DNA of 64,000 nt from positions 6,448,001-6,512,000 of the forward strand of contig NC_043014.1 in the NCBI RefSeq assembly GCF_006345805.1, read 5' to 3'. Numbering within the stretch: position 1 is the stretch's first letter; every line of letters begins with the position of its first letter. This document shows positions 53,747 through 64,000 of this stretch, in pieces. Source of the DNA: Octopus sinensis (Eukaryota). The notes under the pieces were generated by a model. That model was not told the DNA's origin. It ran no database searches and saw only the letters and a program-made list of their open reading frames with translations. A program made the position numbers and the translations under genes.

Positions 53747-56147
53747 TGTTTCAGTTACTGGAAATAGGTTATGCTGGGGCGTATCCGGGAAGTTTGTTAT
53801 GGCCAAGAATCTTGAGGCTAATTTTCCATGCGATAAATATATTTGCGGTAAAATTCCTAGAACGACGCTTCATCCGCAATTCCCATAGTTTCCCCCAGAA
53901 CGTCGTCTCTCTTGCGCTCCACTAATCCCATATAGAAATCCATGGTCGAGCTACCACCGACCGCATTGCCCGTCTGACTGAGAACTGTGAGCGTTTGGAG
54001 CCCTGTCTCTGTCTATGCTTGACCCAGGACTGTCGCTTCGTGAAAGATACGAGCAGCGGGTAGGCGCTTTTAACAAACGGCGTGCACACCTGACTGCAAA
54101 TGAACCGTCTGATAAGCGGAACCTGTCCTTTCCACAGAAGGTGGAAGAACAAGCGCTCCAGCTTAATCAACCACGAAGCAAAGCAAGGAACAACGGTCAG
54201 GCGGTAATAGATGACGGATACGATGTACGCATTTGCCACATCCACCCGACCTTCCAGGGACAGCTTTCTCTTGTTCCATTTCTGGGTGAGATTGGCCACC
54301 CTGCTTGTGACCTATTCCAAGTTCTTGTCTAGTTGGAGATCAGGACCAAAGTAGACCCCGAGCAGTTTAATTGGTCCTTCCGTCTAGCATGGACCTGCCT
54401 CACCAGGTGCCGAGCTGCAGGCTCACTCGCCTCACCTGGTTAATCTTTGCTCCTGTAGATGCTTAGTATTCCTTTAGTTTAGTGCCAATTGCCCCGATTA
54501 CCGAGACGTCCGACACTATTACGGTGACGTCGTCCGCATATTCTGAGACGAAAACTCCGCATCCTAGTTCACACGGGATACGTCCTCTCGAAACAACCAG
54601 CTTCCGCAGTAATGGCCTGAGAGCCAGTACGTACAGAAGGGGCGAGAGTGGGCATCCTTGACCAACCGAACGAGTGATACTAAACGATTCCGAAAAGTGA
54701 CCATTGACTATGACCACCGAGTACTTGTCGCTATACATTGTAGCGTCCAGCCTCTGAAAATGAGATCAAAACCCGCCGCCAAGTATTGATGATCGACCCT
54801 AACAAAAGCTTTCAATTGATCCAAATGGGGCGGAGCCCTACGCCTGGCGAAATTCCTCACACAACTGCTTTGACTCGTCTGTCATTATCCCGTCCTGTAA
54901 AGTCAAAGACAGAATTGTGGTTTTGTTGACACGTTGTGTGCCTCAGCTAGCCGGTCCCATCGAACGGTTTTCGTTGCCTCGTATTTTAGAGCTCGCGCCC
55001 TAACTCTGACAACACAACTTTCATGCTTAGCGTTGAAGAATTGATCAAGTGTTAATCTCGTTGCCAGCACGTCAGTCACTGTGCCTTTATTAAGTGCCTC
55101 TTCTATTTTCCTAACTAGGTTTACCTCTACGCTAGACTTCTTTATCGCTATTTCCTTGTTAAACCCTAACGCCTCTACGCTAATCGTCCTTTTCAGAGCT
55201 ACCCAGCATCGGTTGTTGATGACAGCACCCGTCAACTTTCCATGGAATAACTTGCTAAGCCGGTCTCTGAAAGCTTGGTTCTCCGGGAAGGACACATTCA
55301 GCTTCCTGTGTCCGGGGCCCTACCGATGAAGCGTATCTAGATCGACGGTACAGATCACAAATTTGTGGTTTGTGTAGCCGGCAACTTTAAATCGTGGACA
55401 TCCTATGCTATCCTTATCTATTGGCCTACAGTACAACCTATTTAAATATGACCGTGATGACCCGGTGCGATTTGCCTGAGTCCACACTGGCGCATTCGAG
55501 AAATCCAGTCTGTACCAATAAACTAGCTGGAAGTGATTAAGCTGGTTCGCGAGGCTTTTACACTCGCCCCTCCTATCGGCTACATCCACCGGGTCCAGAC
55601 GTGCATCCGAGATAGCGTTCCAATAACTCACTAATACTAATAAGCGAGGCGTCCCCAGGAAAACCTCCAAGCGTCTGAAGAAAACTGGCTGCCCTGGTCC
55701 CTGTCGGAGCACCACCTTCGCTACTACTCATGTCCAGGACTACCGACTTACCTTCCGGGTCCAGGAAGATCTTCCGTGCCTTGAGATCCAGTCCTTTCCT
55801 GAGCAGCACTGTCACTCCGCCTCCGGTTCCAGGCCGACTAAGAGATGCGTAAGTCTCAAAATCGTCAAAACTGGGAGCAAAGGGTGTTTGAGCCAGAAAG
55901 CCTGGTTTCGCTGACGGCTGTCACATCCATTCCTAGTGACCTGTGGTCATTCAGCAGATGTCCCTGCTTCCTCAGTGACCTCATGCCACGAGCATTTGTA
56001 CTGTCTATCCTAAGCACAGTAATGGTAAACACTGGGAGCGTAAGGAAGTAGGAGAGGGCTACTTACCGAGGTTTTGCTGGGGAGAAGTAGGGGTACATTC
56101 TCGTCCCTCATCACTGGATGGGGGGGAGGGTTTCCCCAGCAAGTCAT
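53747..56147 (-). mobile_element. Tx1/L1-clade LINE ORF2 pseudogene, internally deleted
   Basis: APE motifs STNARG..DVTAVSETRL, WNAI..D and (T/S)(N/D)HKFV. RT motifs AFVRVDH, RSVGQGCPLSPLLYVLAL, EYADDVT, LLGVYF and W..RKLSLEGR. Confidence 0.85.
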
Positions 56148-56537
56148 TACTCTTTTACTCTTTTACTTGTTTCAGTCATTTGACTGCGGCCATGCTGGAA
56201 CACCGCCTTTAGTCGAGGAAATCGACCCCCATGACTTATTCTTTGTAAGCCTAGTACTTATTCTATCGGTCTCTTTTGCCGAACAGCTAGGTTACGGGGA
56301 CATAAACACACCAGCATCAGTTGTCAAGCGATGATGTGGGGGGGGGCAAACACAGGCACACAAACACATACACATATATATATATATACATATATACACG
56401 ACGGGCTTCTTTCAGTTTCCATATACCAAATCCACTCAAGGCTTTGGTAGGCCCGAGGCTATAGTAGAAGACACTTGCCCAAGGTGCCACGCAGTGGGAC
56501 TGAACCCGGAACCATGTGATTGGTAAGCAAGCTACTT

Positions 56538-58104
56538 TATTTCATATAATTTGCCACAAGGGCATCACACAGATGGAAGCTTTGCGGGCTGGACACGGAC
56601 ATTAATGGTATGAATGATGGTGATGCAAAAATGATGATGATGGGAGAAGACGAAAAGCGCCCGCCCACTTTCGCTTCTCTGAAACAATGTTCTTTTTTCC
56701 TTTTTCCCCCCAAAAACACAATGAGGCAATAAACCTCTTACTTAAACAACACAATGTTCAGAATTCTTTTTTTCTTTTTTAAAACAAACAAAAAGTCACA
56801 TGTTTCACATTTTCTAGACTCGTTCAGGTAATCCGGCCGACCAGTATCCTTGCTTCATTGAAGCATGCACCCGGTTCCAGGCCGGACAACACAGGTATAT
56901 ACTATTAAGGCGGCGAACTGGCAGAAACGTTAGCACGTCGGGCGAAATGCTTAGCGGTATTTCGTCTGCCGCTACGTTCTGAGTTCAAATTCCGCCGAGG
57001 TCGACTTTGCCTTTCATCCTTTCGGGGTCGATAAATTAAGTACCAGTTACGCACTGGGGCCGATGTAATCGACTTAATACCTATGTCTGTCCTTGTTTGT
57101 CCCCTCTACGTTTAGCCCCTTGTGGGTAATAAAGAAATAGGTATTTCGTCTGCCGCTACGTTCCGAGTTCAAATTCCGCCGAGGTCGACTTTACTTTTCA
57201 TCCTTTCGGGGTCGATAAATTAAGTACCAGTTACACACTGGGGTCGATGTAATCGACTTAATACCTACGTCTCTCCTTGTTTGTCCCCTCTATGTTTAGC
57301 CCCTTGTGGGTAATAAAGAAATAGGTATTTCATCTGCCGCTACGTTCCGAGTTCAAATTCCGCCGAGGTCGACTTTGCCTTTCATCCTTTCGGGGTCGAT
57401 AAATTAAGTACCAGTTACACACTGGGGTCGATGTAATCGACTTAATACCTACGTCTCTCCTTGTTTGTCCCCTCTGTGTTTAGCCCCTTGTGGGTAATAA
57501 GAAATAGGTATTTCGTCTGCCGCTACGTTCCGAGTTCAAATTCCGCCGAGGTCGACTTTACTTTTCATCCTTTCGGGGTCGATAAATTAAGTACCAGTTA
57601 CACACTGGGGTCGATGTAATCGACTTAATACCTACGTCTCTCCTTGTTTGTCCCCTCTATGTTTAGCCCCTTGTGGGTAATAAAGAAATAGGTATTTCAT
57701 CTGCCGCTACGTTCCGAGTTCAAATTCCGCCGAGGTCGACTTTGCCTTTCATCCTTTCGGGGTCGATAAATTAAGTACCAGTTACACACTGGGGTCGATG
57801 TAATCGACTTAATACCTACGTCTCTCCTTGTTTGTCCCCTCTGTGTTTAGCCCCTTGTGGGTAATAAAGAAATAGGTATATATTTATAAGAGTCCTCCGG
57901 GAAGGAATTCATGATCCTGCACAGATCACTATCCCATAGGACCTCCGCAGCCACCTGCGAAGGCCACTCATGATCCTCCGTGCAGGACAGAAGTCCCACC
58001 CATCGGCCCCTCCTTTCCATTTTCTTGACTTCATTTTCTATGGTTCCTCCTTTGTGGAAGAGGACCACATATTCATCCTCCAGCGGCGCACACAACGCCG
58101 GAGG
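56538..58104 (-). mobile_element. Retroposed insert with a 13-bp TSD inside a SINE B, itself carrying a SINE A multimer
   Basis: aagcaagctactt at 56525-37 and 58105-17 splits one SINE B into its body and its head. Confidence 0.7.
56908..57877 (+). mobile_element. SINE family A pentamer (184-bp period)
   Basis: Units start at 56957, 57141, 57325, 57508 and 57692. ggtatata flanks both sides. Confidence 0.9.
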
Positions 58105-58368
58105 AAGCAAGCTACTTACCACACAGCCACTCCTGCGCCTATTGTAAAGTCATTGTAAAGTCTTTTGTTAAATGACTTTTGAAAATCCCTCGCGAATATT
58201 TACTCTTTTAATGTATTGTAAGTGCTGCCTGTCGTATCGATCGTTTTCGAAGTGCTGTGGTATCTTAGTGTTGATTCTCGATGCAACGAGAGTGCTCTGA
58301 TTAGTGTCCAACGTAACGTTGAATGCCTCGAGTTAATGTTTTGTTTTCAGTGTTCATAATTTCTGATT

Positions 58369-58475
58369 TTTGTTTGTTTGACGGGTGTGAAGTTTATAAT
58401 TTCCAGTTCGTGTTTGTTTGATGGGTGGGAAGTTTATAATTTCCAGTTCGTGTTTGTTTGATGGGTGGGAAGTTT
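58369..58475. repeat. 40-bp tandem repeat, ~2.6 copies
   Basis: tgtttgtttgatgggtgggaagtttataatttccagttcg repeated. Confidence 0.85.
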
Positions 58476-58710
58476 AACTGCTCTCTTTTACTCTTTTACT
58501 CTTTTACTTGTTTCAGTCATTTGACTGCGTCCATGCTGGAGCACCGCCTTTAATCGAGCAACTCGACCCCGGGACTTATTCTTTTGTAAGCCCAGTACTT
58601 ATTCTATCGGTCTCTTTTTGCCGAACCGCTAAGTAACGGGGACATAAACACACCAGCATCGGTTGTCAAGCAATGCTAGGGGGACAAACACAGACACACA
58701 AACACACACA

Positions 58711-58749
<39 letters not shown>

Positions 58750-59169
58750 TACGACAGGCTTCTTTCAGTTTCCGTCTACCAAATCCACTCACAAGGCATT
58801 GGTGGGCCCGAGGCTATAGTAGAAGACACTTGCCCAAGATGCCACGCAGTGCGACTGAACCCGGAACCATGTGGTTGGTAAACAAGCTACTTACCACACA
58901 GCCACTCCTGCTGTGTAAGTAAAGAGGGTCGGTGATTGTTGTAAAAAATAGTGATGTAGATCCCTTTTGATTAGCTAAATCCGATTGGGAAGCTAAATTA
59001 GTCAAACGCGTTTATGTAGATTCTTATTCGAGAATAATGGTTTAATGTTTCATTATCAATTTTAAGCTAGTGGGATGTAAGAAAGGAGGGAGTTTTGTAA
59101 AAATTTTTCCTTAAAAATTTGTTTAAAAAATATAATTGTATAAATGTGAGGATATAGATAAACGTGGGA

Positions 59170-59742
59170 GGAATCGTTAGCACGCCGGGCGAAATGCTTA
59201 GCGGTATTTCTGAGTTCAAATTCCGCCGAGGTCGACTTTGCCTTTCATCCTTTCGGGGGTCGATTAATTAAGTACCAGTTACGCACTGGGGTTGATATAA
59301 TCAACTTAATCCGTTTGTCTGTCCTTGTATGCCCTCTCTGTGTTTAGCCCCTTGTGGGTAGTAAAGAAATAGGTATTTCGTCTGCCGTTACGTTCTGAGT
59401 TCAAATTCCGCCGAGGTCGACTTTGCCTTTTATCCTTTCGGGGTCGATAAATTAAGTAACAGTTACGCACTGGAGTCGATGTCATCGACTTAATTCCTTT
59501 GTCTGTCCTTGTTTGTCCCCTCTGTGTTTAGCCCCTTGTGTGTAGTAAAGAAATAGGTATTTCGTCTGCTGTTACGGTCTGAGTTCAAATTCCGCCGAGG
59601 TCGACTTTGCCTTTTATCTTTTCGGGGTCGATAAATTAAGTACCAGTTCCGCACTGGGGTCGATGTCATCGACTTAATCCCTTTGTCTGTCCTTGTTTGT
59701 CCCCTCTGTGTTTAGCCCCTTGAGGGCAATAAAGAAAAAAAA
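59170..59742 (+). mobile_element. SINE family A trimer
   Basis: Three consensus units ending in an A-rich tail. Confidence 0.85.
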
Positions 59743-60697
59743 AATAAATATAAGTGTATGAGGGTGCTCTGATATAAACAATTAGTCGTAAATATAAGTT
59801 TAAGTGACTAATGAAAGAGATAATTAGTTAAACGGTAACTTATTTATTAGAATGGCATATGTTATGTACGTACATATACATACATAAATATACAAGCATT
59901 AGTGCTCATACACACATATACACACATACACACACACATACACTTATACATACTTGTAAAATTGTGAATTGGACAGATAATAATCAAATAAGAATTTTGT
60001 ACGCATAGATACATGTATATACGCACACACATACATACATACAGATGTATAAACGTAAATAGATAAATAAATAAATAATACACTCGTACTGCATTTGTAT
60101 ACATACATATATACGGGCAAGAAATCCGCATACGTACAGGTAAACATGTACACATATATACATACATAAGCGCATACAAATACCTTTATTTATACATACA
60201 CATCAACATATCCACATAAACACATATACACATATACGCATATATATGTACCTGTCCTTAATTTTGCATAGAAATACACACATACACAACTGTGTATTAT
60301 CATACGTACATATGCATATAAAGAAATATATACAAATATATATATATACATATAAAATACAGAAATATAAAAATGTGAGTACATATCAGGCATTTTTTGT
60401 TGTTAAGGATGTGTTACTATGGTTATCTCTGAAAAGTAGTTTTATTAATAATAGTCAAACTGGTGTGTGTGTTGCCAGTTGTGTCTACTCAAAAGCTAAA
60501 ATAAAGGTCAAATAGTTATAAAAGTTAGCAATTGTGTAATCTCAAATGTTGGCAGAAGGTTACTCATTATGTGTACAGTATGTGAGTTATATTGGATGGT
60601 TGATGAAAAAAGGTACTAAATAGAGGTGTAATGGAGGTATAATATAATAATATAAATAAAATATAGTTAAATTAAGTAATCAAGATGGATATATGGT

Positions 60698-60797
60698 NNN
60701 NNNNNNNNNNNNNNNNNNNNNNNNNNNNNNNNNNNNNNNNNNNNNNNNNNNNNNNNNNNNNNNNNNNNNNNNNNNNNNNNNNNNNNNNNNNNNNNNN
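60698..60797. other. Assembly gap (100 N)
   Basis: Run of N. Confidence 0.99.
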
Positions 60798-63700
60798 CAG
60801 CTTAATCAACCACGAAGCAAAGCAAGGAACAACGGTCAGGCGGTAATAGATGACGGATACGATGTACGCATTTGCCACATCCACCCGACCTTCCAGGGAC
60901 AGCTTTCTCTTGTTCCATTTCTGGGTGAGATTGGCCACCCTGCTTGTGACCTATTCCAAGTTCTTGTCTAGTTGGAGATCAGGACCAAAGTAGACCCCGA
61001 GCAGTTTAATTGGTCCTTCCGTCTAGCATGGACCTGCCTCACCAGGTGCCGAGCTGCAGGCTCACTCGCCTCACCTGGTTAATCTTTGCTCCTGTAGATG
61101 CTTAGTATTCCTTTAGTTTAGTGCCAATTGCCCCGATTACCGAGACGTCCGACACTATTACGGTGACGTCGTCCGCATATTCTGAGACGAAAACTCCGCA
61201 TCCTAGTTCACACGGGATACGTCCTCTCGAAACAACCAGCTTCCGCAGTAATGGCCTGAGAGCCAGTACGTACAGAAGGGGCGAGAGTGGGCATCCTTGA
61301 CCAACCGAACGAGTGATACTAAACGATTCCGAAAAGTGACCATTGACTATGACCACCGAGTACTTGTCGCTATACATTGTAGCGTCCAGCCTCTGAAAAT
61401 GAGATCAAAACCCGCCGCCAAGTATTGATGATCGACCCTAACAAAAGCTTTCAATTGATCCAAATGGGGCGGAGCCCTACGCCTGGCGAAATTCCTCACA
61501 CAACTGCTTTGACTCGTCTGTCATTATCCCGTCCTGTAAAGTCAAAGACAGAATTGTGGTTTTGTTGACACGTTGTGTGCCTCAGCTAGCCGGTCCCATC
61601 GAACGGTTTTCGTTGCCTCGTATTTTAGAGCTCGCGCCCTAACTCTGACAACACAACTTTCATGCTTAGCGTTGAAGAATTGATCAAGTGTTAATCTCGT
61701 TGCCAGCACGTCAGTCACTGTGCCTTTATTAAGTGCCTCTTCTATTTTCCTAACTAGGTTTACCTCTACGCTAGACTTCTTTATCGCTATTTCCTTGTTA
61801 AACCCTAACGCCTCTACGCTAATCGTCCTTTTCAGAGCTACCCAGCATCGGTTGTTGATGACAGCACCCGTCAACTTTCCATGGAATAACTTGCTAAGCC
61901 GGTCTCTGAAAGCTTGGTTCTCCGGGAAGGACACATTCAGCTTCCTGTGTCCGGGGCCCTACCGATGAAGCGTATCTAGATCGACGGTACAGATCACAAA
62001 TTTGTGGTCTGTGTAGCCGGCAACTTTAAATCGTGGACATCCTATGCTATCCTTATCTATTGGCCTACAGTACAACCTATTTAAATATGACCGTGATGAC
62101 CCGGTGCGTTTTGCCTGAGTCCACACTGGCGCATTCGAGAAATCCAGTCTGTACCAATAAACTAGCTGGAAGTGATTAAGCTGGTTTGCGAGGCTTTTAC
62201 ACTCGCCCCTCCTATCGGCTACATCCACCGGGTCCAGACGTGCATCCGAGATAGCGTTCCAATAACTCACTAATACTAATAAGCAAGGCGTCCCCAGGAA
62301 AACCTCCAAGCGTCTGAAGAAAACTGGCTGCCCTGGCCCCTGTCGGAGCACCACCTTCGCTACTACTCATGTCCAGGACTACCAACTTACCTTCCGAGTC
62401 CAGGAAGATCGTCCGTGCTTTGAGATCCAGTCCTTTCCTGAGCAGCACTGTCACCCCGCCTCCGGTTCCAGGCCGACTAAGAGATGCGTAAGTCTCAAAA
62501 TCGTCAAAACTGGGAGCAAAGGTGCGTGATCCACAAAGCCTGGTTTCGCTGACGGCTGTCACATCCATGCCTAGTGACCTGTGGTCATTCAGCAGATGTC
62601 CCTGCTTCCTGAGTGACCTCACGCCACGGGCATTTGTACTGTCTATCCTAAGCACAGTAATGGTAAACACTGGGAGCGTAAGGAAGTAGGAGAGGGCTAC
62701 TTACCGAGGTTTTGCTGGGGAGAAGTAGGGGTACATTCTCCGTCCCTCATCACTGGATGGGGGGGAGGGTTTCTCCAGCACGTCATTACTCTTTTACTCT
62801 TTTACTTGTTTCAGTCATTTGACTGCGGCCATGCTGGAACACCGCCTTTAGTCGAGGAAATCGACCCCCATGACTTATTCTTTGTAAGCCTAGTACTTAT
62901 TCTATCGGTCTCTTTTGCCGAACAGCTAGGTTACGGGGACATAAACACACCAGCATCAGTTGTCAAGCGATGATGTGGGGGGGGGCAAACACAGGCACAC
63001 AAACACATACACATATATATATATATACATATATACACGACGGGCTTCTTTCAGTTTCCATATACCAAATCCACTCAAGGCTTTGGTAGGCCCGAGGCTA
63101 TAGTAGAAGACACTTGCCCAAGGTGCCACGCAGTGGGACTGAACCCGGAACCATGTGATTGGTAAGCAAGCTACTTTATTTCATATAATTTGCCACAAGG
63201 GCATCACACAGATGGAAGCTTTGCGGGCTGGACACGGACATTAATGGTATGAATGATGGTGATGCAAAAATGATGATGATGGGAGAAGACGAAAAGCGCC
63301 CGCCCACTTTCGCTTCTCTGAAACAATGTTCTTTTTTCCTTTTTCCCCCCAAAAACACAATGAGGCAATAAACCTCTTACTTAAACAACACAATGTTCAG
63401 AATTCTTTTTTTCTTTTTTAAAACAAACAAAAAGTTACATGTTTCACATTTTCTAGACTCGTTCAGGTTATCCGGCCGACCAGTATCCTTGCTTCATTGA
63501 AGCATGCACCCGGTTCCAGGCCGGACAACACAGGTATATATTATTAAGGCGGCGAACTGGCAGAATCGTTAGCACGCCGGGCGAAATGCTTAGCGGTATT
63601 TCGTCTGCCGCTACGTTCTGAGTTCAAATTCCGCCGTGGTCGACTTTACTTTTCATCCTTTCGGGGTCGATAAATTAAGTACCAGTTACGCACTGGGGCC

Positions 63701-64000
63701 GATGTAATCGACTTAATACCTATGTCTGTCCTTGTTTGTCCCCTCTACGTTTAGCCCCTTGTGGTAATAAAGAAATAGGTATTTCGTCTGCCGCTACGTT
63801 CCGAGTTCAAATTCCGCCGAGGTCGACTTTACTTTTCATCCTTTCGGGGTCGATAAATTAAGTACCAGTTACACACTGGGGTCGATGTAATCGACTTAAT
63901 ACCTACGTCTCTCCTTGTTTGTCCCCTCTATGTTTAGCCCCTTGTGGGTAATAAAGAAATAGGTATTTCATCTGCCGCTACGTTCCGAGTTCAAATTCCG
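60798..64000 (-). repeat. Second copy of 54159-57361 (Tx1 relic, SINE B, insert, SINE A multimer)
   Basis: Constant offset of 6639 bp, near-identical, and starting exactly at the gap. Confidence 0.9.

Overview
AT-rich, microsatellite- and transposon-dense animal DNA with two 100-N gaps. The SINE, LINE, Helitron and mariner repertoire looks like an octopus/cephalopod genome, recalled from repeat similarity and not verified. The ORF track misses the main host content, a head-to-tail tandem cluster of three paralogous intron-containing genes on the + strand, reconstructed by hand from GT-AG sites and frame. Each complete gene has a signal-peptide exon, a V-like Ig exon, a C/I-like Ig exon and a final exon with 95 coding nt that encodes a GPI-anchor-like signal. 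All introns are phase 1. Gene A is 5'-partial (exons 2244-2567, 3389-3483). Gene B is 9148-19089 (297 aa) and gene C is 27543-46266 (285 aa). B and C differ strongly in Ig1 (~45% aa identity). In Ig2 they show about 29 replacement versus about 5 silent changes, with neighbouring intron ~95% identical, and C has accumulated many histidines. This suggests a fast-evolving cell-surface recognition family. Intron 3 of gene C carries a TA-flanked mariner whose catalytic-domain segment is amplified in frame as 81 x 111 bp (~9 kb). The rest is R4-, CR1-, RTE- and Tx1-like LINE relics, SINE multimers, Helitrons, MITEs, hairpins and local duplications.
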